Source: an uncultured Gemmatimonadaceae bacterium
Lineage (GTDB): Bacteria > Gemmatimonadota > Gemmatimonadetes > Gemmatimonadales > Gemmatimonadaceae
Direction: 5' to 3'
NCBI GenBank assembly: GCA_963829055.1
Contig: CAWHHI010000009.1
Coordinates: 108,042 to 172,041 of the forward strand
Length of the DNA stretch: 64,000 nt
Shown one piece after another: positions 21,012-30,771 of this stretch. Numbering within the stretch: the stretch's first letter is position 1; each line of letters starts with the position of its first letter. The notes under the pieces are model-generated. The model was not told the DNA's origin. It saw nothing but the letters and a program-made list of their open reading frames with translations, and did not search any database. Position numbers and translations under genes: made by a program.

Positions 21012-23415
21012 TCAGGGCACAGGCAGCTTGCGCCGCCGCATGTTCGCGAGCGGGTCCGCGACGCCGGTGAACGTGTACTCCGGCACCTCGTAACCCATCA
21101 GATTCCGCACGAAGTAGTCGAAAATGAGGCGGCTCCCGTACCACCCGCCGCTCGAGTGCCCCTGATCCGGAAACACCATCATGTCGAATCGCTTGCCCGC
21201 ATCGATCAGCGCCGCAGCAACGCGAATTGTCATCGACGGGTGTACGGCTTCGTCCAGGTCACCGTGCACGAGCATCAGCTTCCCGCGCAGGTTGTTCGCG
21301 AGGAGGTAATTCGCGTCCCCCTCGTAGTTGTCCTTGCCCGTAGAGTCCTTGTGCAGCATGCCACGCCACGACTCACCGACGATGGTGTGCTCGCTGCGAT
21401 CGTCGTGGTTGCCGGCGAACGCCACACCGACCTTGAAGAAGTCGGGATAGCGGAGCATTCCGACAGTCGTGGAAAGTCCCCCGCCCGACAAGCCGTACAA
21501 ACCGACCTTGTCCAGGTCGATCCACGAGAACCGCGCGCCTAACTGCTTGATCGCCTCCACGTGGTCGGCGAGGGTGGCTTCGGCATATCGACCCTGGTAC
21601 TGCGTCCGATAGTAGTTCCGTATTGCCGGAGATGGATCACGAACGCCGCGCGGCTGAATCTGCAGGACGATGAAGCCGAGCTCCGCCAGCGCCTGCTGCT
21701 CGCTCGACGGGCCGATGAAGCCCCATCCTCTGATGGCGCCAAGCGGCATCGGGTAGATGTGATCGACGACGGGGTACCGCTTGGTGGAGTCGAAGTTGGT
21801 CGGCTTGTAGACGGCCGCGTAGAGCGGCGCACCATCGCTCGCGGTCAGCGTGTGGATCTCGATCGGCTTCCACCCGAGCGACGTCGACGTCGAAATGTCG
21901 GTGCGCTCGAGCTCGCGGATGACGCGTCCGTTGTCCGTCGATCGTACGACCGTCACCGGCGGCACGTCGGTCGACGAATAGGTGTCGACGAAGAAACGTC
22001 CGTTCGGTGAGATCGTGGTAGTGTGATCGCCTGTCTCCGGGGTCAGCAGCGCGAGACCGGAGCCGTCAGCGCGCATCCGGTACAACTTCGTGTGTCCCTT
22101 GAACGTGTTCGCCTCGCGCCCGTTCCCACGCACGAAGAGCGTGCTCCTGGTGCTGTCGATCGCGGCGTCGGTCACGTTCCACGCGCCCTCGGTGACTTTG
22201 CCGATGAACTTCCCGGTACTGTCGTACCTGTAGATGTGTGAAGCTCCGTCGCGCTCCGAGTACCAGTACACGTCGTTGCCACGACTCAGGCGCCAGATGC
22301 CGCTGCCCACGACGTACTCACTGATGGCACCGTAGCGGAACGTGTTGCTGTCCGAGACGATCCGTCGTGCTGCCCCCGTCCTGGCGTCGGCCGTCATCAG
22401 GGCAAGCCTGTTGGGGCCGCGGTTGCTGCTCAGGAAGAAGAACCGGTCCGACGTCGGTGCCCACTGTGCGAACAGTGCCAATGCCGCGGTCTCGGTCATG
22501 CCGCCGCGCACCCACGGGATCTGCTCCGTATTCACGCGGATCTTCGACTTGTCCGTGATGTCGATGACGTAGAGGTCATGGCGCTCGACGACAGAGTCGC
22601 TCGGAATCGCTTGCGGCACCGCGAAGAGCTCGGGTCGAATCGTCGTCGATGAGATGTAGTAGAACTTCTCTACGCCGCGGACGTCCCAACGCATGACCAC
22701 CATCTTCTTCGAGTCCGGCGACCACACGACCATCGGAAGACGCGGCTCTCCGGTGCGCCTCAGGCTGATGGACTGAAACGTGCCAGCGCGTCCGTAGGCC
22801 CACTCGGCGGACCCGTCAGTCGTTAGGCGCGTCTCGCACGAGGCGCCGCTCGTGCACCCGACCTGCCGGATGTAGAATGTCGTTGTCGCGCACGAACGCG
22901 TCCCACTTCTCATCGGGCGATCGACGCATGCCGCGGTCCGTCCGTGGCTTGGCCGCCACGGGTGAGCATTTGTGCGTCCCGACGTCACAGGACAGGCGCT
23001 TCGCGCCGACGGTGAAGCTCACCAGCTTCTCATCCTTCGACAGCTCGAAGTCCGCCAGCGTTAGGCGTCGCGATTCGACGACCGAATCGAGTGCGGCCGA
23101 GATCCCTTGGGACAGCAGCCCACGGTCGACGAGCAACCGCCTGGTGTTCCGGGCGGGATCGACCAGGTATCGCTCGGTCCCCTCCGGCGTCTCGACGGCA
23201 TACCAGAACCGAGAGCCGTCAGCGAGCCAGCGCACCTCGACGCGGTTGCGGTACATCTTGTCGGCCGCGCGGTGCTGCATGAAGCGTTCGGCGCGCGCGT
23301 ATGCCGATGCCGGCAGCGTGTCGAGAAATCGTTGCGCTTGCGCCGGGAGCGCGACGACGAGGTGCATCGCGCCGATCGCGCCGAGGGAAAGGGCGTAGAG
23401 TCGCAATGAACGCAT
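21012..23415 (-). pseudogene. S9 family serine peptidase (DPP-IV-like propeller + prolyl-oligopeptidase catalytic domain), one frame offset ~22875
   Basis: The N-terminus lies in ORF 22816..23637 (MRSLRLYALSLGAIGAMHLVVALPAQA from ATG 23415) and the remainder in ORF 21012..22988. The catalytic triad context is GLYGLSGGG, HGDLDEAV, DQGHS. Confidence 0.8.
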
Positions 23416-23640
23416 CCTGCGGTCGATGGGGACCCTGCTTGGGCGGCGAATATGCGTCGACGCGTTCGCGCAGGCCAGCCGTACGCCAAGCATGCGCGGG
23501 CACGAATGGACGACCAGTCTTGACGGTTGTGACTCACGAACGGATCTTCGCCTCGAAACGATCGGCCGACGCGCACTCCCCTTCGTTCGTCGCGACGTGT
23601 GTCGCGCCGACTCGCTCCCACTCAGTGCCAGGAGCATCCT

Positions 23641-26600
23641 ATGGAGCTCGCTTCAGTGTTGAAAGCGGCCTTGCTACCGCTCTCCCTCGCGTCACCGTCG
23701 GCGCGGCCAGGCACCCCAGAGCACCCGAACTCCTTTGTCTCGGAGGCGGAGATTGCTCGTTTCGCAGGAACCATCAGAGGGCGCGTCGTCGAGGCGGGCT
23801 CTGGCGCACCCATCGTCGGTGCCACGGTCACCGTCGGCGGCACACGCCTCGGTGCGATGTCGGGCAACGACGGTCGGTACACCATCACTCAGGTCCCGGC
23901 AGGGAGCCAGGTGCTCACGGTGCACATGCTCGGCTTCGCGCCGAAAAGCGACACGGTCTCCGTCACGGACAACGGTGAGGTCACGGGCGACTTCACCCTC
24001 CAGCGCTCGGCGTCGCAGCTCTCGGAGGTCGTCGTCACGGCGACCGGTGATCAGCGGAAGGTGGAGATCGGTAACGCGGTGGCGACGCTGCGCGCCGATT
24101 CGCTCGTTGCGGTAGCGCCGATCACCTCCGTCGGCGACATGCTTCAGGGCCGCGTCGCGGGGCTGCTCACGTTCGCCAATGCCGGTATGACGGGCTCAGC
24201 ACCACGCATCCGCATCCGCGGCTTCAACTCGCTGTCGCAGCCTAACAACCCGATGATGATCGTCGACGGCACGCGCGTCGACAACACGACCGGCGCGGGC
24301 AACGGGGGCGGCACGAACGTCCAGTCGTACGGCTGGACCGCCGGATCCGTGACCGCGATGAATCCCGAGGAGATCGAGTCGGTCGAGATCGTCAAGGGAC
24401 CCTCTGCGGCAACGCTGTACGGAACGGATGCAGCGAACGGTGTGATCGTCATTCGGACCAAACGCGGCACGGCCGGATCGCCGAAGTGGAATCTCTACGC
24501 TGAAGGCGGTCTCATTCCCGGTCCGACGACGTGGAACGACAATTACTACGCGTTTGGCAAGAGCCCCACGGGCCAGGCCATGCAATGCGTCAACCTCGCA
24601 CGCGCGGCGGGACAGTGTACGCTGGACAGCGTCAGCGTCTGGAGCCCGATGAGCGATGCTCCGAGCTCACCGGTGGGGACAGGCAATCGTCGGCAACTCG
24701 GTGCTCAGGTCTCCGGCGGCACGCAGCAACTGCGGTACTTCGTAGGCTCCGACTGGGAGCGTGAGCGCGGTTACCTCGAGCTGCCGGACGTCGAGATCGA
24801 GCGCCTCAAGGCCGAGCGCGGTACCGGCGAGATCCCGGATGAACAGATCCACCCGAACTTCCTGCATCGTACGGCGCTCCGTGCCAACGGGTCGGCGATG
24901 CTCGGCGCGAAGGGCGATCTGAACCTCTCGAACAGCGTCCAATTCCAGAAGAGCCAGATCCCCCTGAACACCGTCTTCACCGACGCGGCGTGGGGCTCGG
25001 GCTACAAGGACGCGTGGGATGGCTGGGGCCAGCAGCGTCGGCCGGGCGAAACGTTCGCGGTGCGCTCGGCGGAGAAACTGTTTCGCATCACCAGCTCGGC
25101 CAACGGAAACTTCGCGCCAACCTCGTGGTTGACGACTCGGGCCACGATCGGCGTGGATGCCAGCTCGGTGTTCTCCGACAACCTGCAGCGTCGCGGCGAA
25201 GGAGGAACTGCGCTCGCACCGAGTCTCGGACGCCGGCTCGACGTGCGGTCGACCACGATGCTCATCACGGGCGACGCCGGTGCGACGGCGAGCTTCAGCC
25301 TAACGCCGTCGATCGCGTCCAAGACCTCCGTCGGCGCCCAGTACAATCGGCGTGACCGCGGGATCACGACCGCCGTCGGCACCAACCTGCCGCCGGGCTC
25401 GAGCACGCTCGCCGGTGCGGCCACGGTCACCAACAGCGAGGCGACCATCGAATCGGTCGTGGCTGGCGGCTACGTCGAGCAGCAGATCGCGCTGAACGAT
25501 CGACTGTTCCTCACGGGTGCGCTGCGGGCCGATGGCGCGAGCACCTTCGGTGAGAACTTCAAGACCGCGTACTACCCGAAGGGCAGTGTCTCGTGGGTCC
25601 TCTCGAGCGAGAGCTGGTTCCCGCAGACGAAGGCGATCTCGAGCCTCCGCTTCCGCACGGCGTACGGCTCGTCAGGCGTGCAGCCGCCGGCCGACGCCGC
25701 GCTCACGCGCCTCCAGTTGCAGACGGTGTTCGTCAACGGCACGACGGGTTCCGGCGCGCAGCTGCAGACGCTCGGCAACCCCGATCTCGCGCCCGAGCGT
25801 ACGACGGAGCTCGAAGGTGGCATCGACATCGACTTCTTCGATGGTCGCGTGCGCCTCGAGGCAACGGCGTACGAGAAGCGGAGCACGGATGCGCTCGTGC
25901 AGCGATCCTATCCGCGCTCGGCGGGGCTGATCGCGACCGGCCAGCTCGACAACGTGGGTCGCGTGCGCAACCGCGGGGTGGAAGGCGTCCTCAACGCGAT
26001 GGTCTTCAGGACTGGCGGTACGGAGCTCAACGTCTCGCTGAACGGCTCGATCAATCACTCCAAGCTTCTCGAGCTCGACGAGAGCACGCGTCCACCCGAA
26101 GACCGCTTCATCAAGTTCGTGCAGGGCTACCCGCTCTTCGGGATGTGGGATCGAAAGATTCGTGGCTACAGTGATGCCAACAACGACGGCGTCCTGCAGA
26201 TCAGTGAGGTCCAGGTCGATGATTCGGTCACGTTCATCGGCGAGACGAACCCTACGAATCTGCTCACGTTCAGTCCGAGTCTCTCGCTGTTCAACGGGAC
26301 GATTCACCTCACCTCGATGATCGTCCACAAGGGCAACTTCATTCAGACGAACTTCTCGGAGCTGAACAAGTGCGCGAGCTTCGGGGCGTGCAAGGCGCGC
26401 AATGACCCCAAAGCATCGATCGCGGAACAAGCGCCGTATGCGGGGTTCGCGGGTTCGACCTTGACGTATGCCGGCTACGCCGAGGACGGCACGTTCACGC
26501 GCTGGGCGGAGGCGTCGATCGTGTGGGATGCGACTCGCCAGTTCAAGCGCGCGCTTGGCAATCGGTCGGCCACGGTCACGTTCAGCGGCCGCAACCTCGC

Positions 26601-26751
26601 GCTGTGGACGAAATACTCCGGTCTGGATCCGGAAGTGACGGCGCTCCCCGACCTGACCGGTAACTTCGGCACGGTGTGGGATCTCGGATACGACAATCCC
26701 GTTTCGCCGCTGCCGAAGTACTTCATCCTGCGTCTTTCCTTCGGACTGTGA
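23641..26751 (+). CDS. SusC/RagA-type TonB-dependent receptor
   Basis: Intact ORF 23599..26751 with a CarboxypepD_reg-like domain (GTIRGRVVEAGSGAPIVGATV...GRYTITQVPAG) and a plug (VVVTATGDQRK...IVKGPSAATLYGTDAANGVIVIRTKRG). It is followed immediately by a SusD-like gene. Confidence 0.9.
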   Translation: MELASVLKAALLPLSLASPSARPGTPEHPNSFVSEAEIARFAGTIRGRVVEAGSGAPIVGATVTVGGTRLGAMSGNDGRYTITQVPAGSQVLTVHMLGFAPKSDTVSVTDNGEVTGDFTLQRSASQLSEVVVTATGDQRKVEIGNAVATLRADSLVAVAPITSVGDMLQGRVAGLLTFANAGMTGSAPRIRIRGFNSLSQPNNPMMIVDGTRVDNTTGAGNGGGTNVQSYGWTAGSVTAMNPEEIESVEIVKGPSAATLYGTDAANGVIVIRTKRGTAGSPKWNLYAEGGLIPGPTTWNDNYYAFGKSPTGQAMQCVNLARAAGQCTLDSVSVWSPMSDAPSSPVGTGNRRQLGAQVSGGTQQLRYFVGSDWERERGYLELPDVEIERLKAERGTGEIPDEQIHPNFLHRTALRANGSAMLGAKGDLNLSNSVQFQKSQIPLNTVFTDAAWGSGYKDAWDGWGQQRRPGETFAVRSAEKLFRITSSANGNFAPTSWLTTRATIGVDASSVFSDNLQRRGEGGTALAPSLGRRLDVRSTTMLITGDAGATASFSLTPSIASKTSVGAQYNRRDRGITTAVGTNLPPGSSTLAGAATVTNSEATIESVVAGGYVEQQIALNDRLFLTGALRADGASTFGENFKTAYYPKGSVSWVLSSESWFPQTKAISSLRFRTAYGSSGVQPPADAALTRLQLQTVFVNGTTGSGAQLQTLGNPDLAPERTTELEGGIDIDFFDGRVRLEATAYEKRSTDALVQRSYPRSAGLIATGQLDNVGRVRNRGVEGVLNAMVFRTGGTELNVSLNGSINHSKLLELDESTRPPEDRFIKFVQGYPLFGMWDRKIRGYSDANNDGVLQISEVQVDDSVTFIGETNPTNLLTFSPSLSLFNGTIHLTSMIVHKGNFIQTNFSELNKCASFGACKARNDPKASIAEQAPYAGFAGSTLTYAGYAEDGTFTRWAEASIVWDATRQFKRALGNRSATVTFSGRNLALWTKYSGLDPEVTALPDLTGNFGTVWDLGYDNPVSPLPKYFILRLSFGL

Positions 26752-26762
26752 GGAGCCGACCG

Positions 26763-28055
26763 ATGACCTCACGAATTTCCCGGCTCCCCATAGCCGCCGC
26801 ACTGACGGTGACGTTAGGCTGCTCGTCGCTGACCGACGTGGACTCGCCGGACGTGGTTCAGCCGGAGCAGCTGAACAATGCCGCCGGTGCCGAGGCGCTG
26901 ACGACGGGTGCGCTCGCTTCGATCATGTCGCCGTTCATGACCTTCGCGTACAACACGTCGGTCTTCAGCGATGAGATGAAGCTCGCGACGGCGTTCAATT
27001 CGTTCGCGGACATCGACTTCCGAACGCAGTCGCTGACCTTCAACGAATACGGCCCGACCCTGATGCACCGGGTTCGGACGCAGACGCAGCAGGCCATCGA
27101 CTCGCGCAAGGAGTTCGCACCAACGCCGCGCGCTCGCATCGGCCAGCTCTTCGCCACGAAGGGGCTCGCCGAGCTGTTCCTCGGCGAAACGAGCTGCAAT
27201 GGCACGCCGCTCACCGACATCGAAGGGACGGACCCGATCTTCAGTGGCCCGTTGACGAGCGACAGCATCCTGAAGGTTGCGATCACGAACTTCGACTCGG
27301 CGGTCGTGTACGCGGCGGACAGTGCGCGCGTGCTCAATCTGGCGAAGGTCGGACGCGGCCGCGCGCTGCTGGATCGCGGGCAGTACGCGCAGGCAGCAGC
27401 GGCGGTGGCCGGCGTGCCAACCAACTACGTGTACAATGCCGAAGCGACGTTGGCGGTTGCGAACCAGATCAACCTGATCTGGAATGGCAACAATCTGAAG
27501 ACGGCAACAGTAGCTGAACGCGAAGGCGGCAACGGGTTGAACTTTGTGACCGCCGCCGATCCGCGCGTCCCCACGATCGCAAATGGCGTGGGCGGCGACG
27601 GCGTGACGAACGTCTTCATCTTCGGGAAGTATTCCGGGCAGGCATCCCCGATCCCGATGGTCACCGGCGTCGAAGCGCGGCTGATCGAGGCAGAAGCCGC
27701 GTTGCAGGCGAACCGAAACGATACGTCGCCCACTGGCAACGGCTGGTTAGGCATCCTGAACAACCTGCGAGCGACGGCGATCACGCCAGCGATGGCTCCG
27801 CTGGCGGATCCGGGAAGCTTCGATGCACGCGTGAACCTGCTCTTCCGCGAGCGCGCGTTCTGGTTGTACGGAACGGGTCACCGCATGGGCGATCTGCGTC
27901 GCCTCCTCCGACAGTATGGTCGCGCCGAAGCGCAGACGTGGCCGAAGGGACCGTACAAAGGTGGGGTCAGCTACGGGGACGAGGTGGTGTTCATCCTCAC
28001 ACTCTCCGAGCAGGCGAACCCGACCGTACGGACGTGCACCGACAAGAATCCGTAA
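26763..28055 (+). CDS. SusD/RagB-like outer-membrane lipoprotein
   Basis: ATG 26763, lipobox LTVTLGC. VEARLIEAEAAL and ERAFWLYGTGHRMGDLRR are typical SusD-family C-terminal motifs. Intact. Confidence 0.8.
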   Translation: MTSRISRLPIAAALTVTLGCSSLTDVDSPDVVQPEQLNNAAGAEALTTGALASIMSPFMTFAYNTSVFSDEMKLATAFNSFADIDFRTQSLTFNEYGPTLMHRVRTQTQQAIDSRKEFAPTPRARIGQLFATKGLAELFLGETSCNGTPLTDIEGTDPIFSGPLTSDSILKVAITNFDSAVVYAADSARVLNLAKVGRGRALLDRGQYAQAAAAVAGVPTNYVYNAEATLAVANQINLIWNGNNLKTATVAEREGGNGLNFVTAADPRVPTIANGVGGDGVTNVFIFGKYSGQASPIPMVTGVEARLIEAEAALQANRNDTSPTGNGWLGILNNLRATAITPAMAPLADPGSFDARVNLLFRERAFWLYGTGHRMGDLRRLLRQYGRAEAQTWPKGPYKGGVSYGDEVVFILTLSEQANPTVRTCTDKNP

Positions 28056-28079
28056 TCGGGCGTGTGGGATGACACCATA

Positions 28080-28112
28080 GGGGCGGGACCCGTTAGGTCC
28101 CGCCCCTATTTG
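28080..28112. terminator. GC-rich hairpin between convergent genes (possible bidirectional terminator)
   Basis: GGGGCGGGACC (28080..28090) pairs with GGTCCCGCCCC (28096..28106) around the loop CGTTA. It is followed by TATTTG on the plus strand and overlaps the TAG of the minus-strand PPIase gene. Confidence 0.5.
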
Positions 28113-28688
28113 CGCACTGCCTCGTGGATGACGATCGGCGTTACGAGGTTCTGGCCATTCGCCGGTTCGCTCTGAATGCGGCGGGCGACGTCGAGACCGC
28201 GCACCACGCGCCCGAACGCGGCGAAGCCCTGCCCGTCGGGGTTCCGCATGCCGCCGAAGTCCAGCGCGGGCTGCGGGCCGAGGCAGATGAAGAAGCTCGA
28301 CGTCGCGCTGTTCGCGCCGGCGCGCGCCATCGAGATCGTGCCATCGAGGTGCTTCAGGCCGAGTCACCGACGTCCGCTCGAGCTCGATCGGTGGGAAGCC
28401 CTGGCCGCGTTTTTCGCGGCTCGCTCCCGCCTGGATGACCGTGATTCGGATCGAGTCGTTAGGCTGGTTGTCCGCGCGCACGACCCGGTAGAACGAGCCG
28501 TTCGTGAAGAAGCCACCATCGACGTACCGAAGGAAATTCTTCCCGGTGACCGGAGCGCGGATCGTGTCGACCTCCACCTCGATCTCGCCGCGCTCGGTCC
28601 GGAAGACTACGTGCGGCAGCGACTGCGCGCGGAGCGGGGACGCGACCGCCATCGCGGCGGCTAGCGCGGCGGTCAGGCCGGCACGCAT
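28106..28688 (-). pseudogene. cyclophilin-type peptidyl-prolyl isomerase (secreted), one frame offset ~28365
   Basis: The N-terminal part lies in ORF 27747..28715 (APVTGKNFLRYVDGGFFTNGSFYRVV) and the C-terminal part in ORF 28106..28330 (MARAGANSATSSFFICLGPQPALDFGG). Confidence 0.75.
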
Positions 28689-28696
28689 GCCATTCC

Positions 28697-29230
28697 CTAT
28701 GACCAGGCGGGGCAACGCGCCGGCGGGGCGCCCGGCGGGGCGCCCTGCGGTGCCGGCGGCGGACCGTCGCGGACGTCCATGAGCTCGACGTCGAAGACGA
28801 GCGTCGCCTTCGCCGGGATGAGCGGTGGGCGGCCCTTCACGCCGTAGGCGAGCTGGTAGGGGATGATGAGGCGGCGACGCGCCCCGACCCTCATCCCCTC
28901 GAAGCCCTGGTCCCAGCCGATGATGACGGTCCGCTTACCCTGCTGGAAGGAGAGCGGCGTGCGAGGCTGTCCATTGCTCGCGGTGTCGCGCGACGAGTCG
29001 AACTTCTTGCCGTCGGTGAGCCAGCCCGTGTAGTGGACGTAATAGCACTTGTCAGGCGCAGCTTCAGCGCCGGAGCCTTGTGCGAGGTCAATGTAGCGCA
29101 TGGTGAACTGCGTGTGCTCCTTGCCCTCGACTTTCGGGGGCGCGGGTCCGCGCTGCCCGCGAGAGGCGCACGCACTCGAGAACGTCGCGAGGGCGAGCAG
29201 GATCAGGCGGTGGCGACGTTCTGAACGCAT
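28697..29230 (-). CDS. FKBP-type peptidyl-prolyl isomerase lipoprotein
   Basis: ORF 28697..29254 contains LILLALATFSSAC, YVHYTGWLTDGKKFDSS, IIGWDQGFEGMRVGARRRLIIP and ATLVFDVELMDV. The start is either 29230 or 29254. Confidence 0.85.
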   Translation of the reverse strand: MRSERRHRLILLALATFSSACASRGQRGPAPPKVEGKEHTQFTMRYIDLAQGSGAEAAPDKCYYVHYTGWLTDGKKFDSSRDTASNGQPRTPLSFQQGKRTVIIGWDQGFEGMRVGARRRLIIPYQLAYGVKGRPPLIPAKATLVFDVELMDVRDGPPPAPQGAPPGAPPARCPAWS

Positions 29231-29321
29231 GTCACAACGCATGTCACGACGCATGTCAGGACCGAGGAGTTCTGGCCAACGTAGATCCGCGGTTTTGGCG
29301 TTGTCCAGACGCGGTGAGCGC

Positions 29322-30725
29322 CTACGACTTCGTCTTCGCGGAGATCAGCGGCGCGGTCGGCAACGCGCCAAGGTCTACCACCTTGCCGTCCTTGATCACG
29401 GCGTTGACCCGCCGGTAGTTGCGTGCGCTCTCCAACGGGTTCGCGTCGAGGATCACCACGTCGCCGATCTTCCCGACCTCGAGCGACCCGAGATCGCGAC
29501 GCTTGTACGCGTACGCGACGTTGCTCGTCGCCGTCTTGAGGATCTCCATCCGGTCCATCCCGAGCTCCTCGAGCGCGTAGAGGGCGTTGAAGTGACCCTC
29601 GCCGAGCCTAACGCGGGGATCGATCGTGTCGGCGGCGATGGTGCGCGACTCGCTGCGCAGGACCGGATGCTCGATGCCGGCGTCGGTCGACACGAGAACC
29701 CGGATGCCGTGTGTAATGAAGTTCCGGATGTTCTCGTGCGAGATCTTGTAGAACGGGGTCAGTACACCCTCCGGCATGTTCTTCTCGATCGCCTCGCGAT
29801 GCCGCTTCGTCACCGACAACACCGACACCGAAATGTCCTTCGCCTTGATCTTCTTCAACGTCTCCTCGGCGATCGTATGAGTCGGCCCCGACATGTCGCC
29901 GTGCGTGAGGATGTCCACACCGGCTTCGACGGCAAGGTCGACGCTCTCGGGCGAGGTCACGTGTGCCTGGACCGTTTTTCCCGCACGATGCCCTTCCTCG
30001 ACGATCGCCTGCTGCGCACGCGGCGAGAACGTCAGGAAGTTCATGTCGACGTGGCCGCTCGCCCCGTACTTGAGGAAGTCCACGCCGCTCGCCGCATATT
30101 TCCTGATCGAGTCGCGCACCTCCTGGGGGTACATCCATAGAAGCTTGCGGCCGGTGCCGAGCTCCCACGCCTCGTTGATTCGCTTGGCGAAGGCCTTGCT
30201 CACGAAGGGCGCCGCAGTGGCGCGGAAGTCGGCCGCGAGGGGACCGTCGAACCCGATGATGTTCCCGGCGAGGTAGATCCGGCTGCCCTGCTGCTGGCCC
30301 GAGTTGATCATGTCGCGCGCCTTGATGAGCGCGTCGCGCGGTCCCCAGGTGTCGAAGACGGTCGTCAGCCCGCTCTTGAGCGCGATCTGCGCTCCCTCGA
30401 TGGCCACCTCGTGGTAACGCCCCTCGTACTTGATGAGCGTCTCGAGGTCGAGGTTGAGGAAGAGGTGCAGGTTGGCGTCCATCAGGCCGGGGATGACGTA
30501 CTTCCCGCGCGCGTCGATGGTGCGCATGGACGCGGGCACCTGAACCGTCCCCGCCTTGCCGACCGCGGAGATGCGGCCGTTGGTGATGACCACGACGCCA
30601 TCGGTGATCGGCGCCTTCCCGGTGCCGTCGATGACGGTGGCACCGGTGACGGCGATGTTCTGCGCCGCGAGTGCAGTGGCGCTGATGAAGAGGATGGCGG
30701 CGCTGCGAAGGAGTGAATTGGGCAC
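29322..30725 (-). CDS. secreted amidohydrolase-family protein, paralog of 19432..20949
   Basis: ORF 29322..30785. The likely GTG start at 30725 precedes the signal PNSLLRSAAILFISATALAAQ. It has VTGATVIDGTGK, IPGLMDANLH and GKIGDVVILDANPL. Confidence 0.85.
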   Translation of the reverse strand: MPNSLLRSAAILFISATALAAQNIAVTGATVIDGTGKAPITDGVVVITNGRISAVGKAGTVQVPASMRTIDARGKYVIPGLMDANLHLFLNLDLETLIKYEGRYHEVAIEGAQIALKSGLTTVFDTWGPRDALIKARDMINSGQQQGSRIYLAGNIIGFDGPLAADFRATAAPFVSKAFAKRINEAWELGTGRKLLWMYPQEVRDSIRKYAASGVDFLKYGASGHVDMNFLTFSPRAQQAIVEEGHRAGKTVQAHVTSPESVDLAVEAGVDILTHGDMSGPTHTIAEETLKKIKAKDISVSVLSVTKRHREAIEKNMPEGVLTPFYKISHENIRNFITHGIRVLVSTDAGIEHPVLRSESRTIAADTIDPRVRLGEGHFNALYALEELGMDRMEILKTATSNVAYAYKRRDLGSLEVGKIGDVVILDANPLESARNYRRVNAVIKDGKVVDLGALPTAPLISAKTKS

Positions 30726-30771
30726 GCTGTACCTCGATTGGCGTGGGCCTGCTGCTGCAAACGATCCGTGC

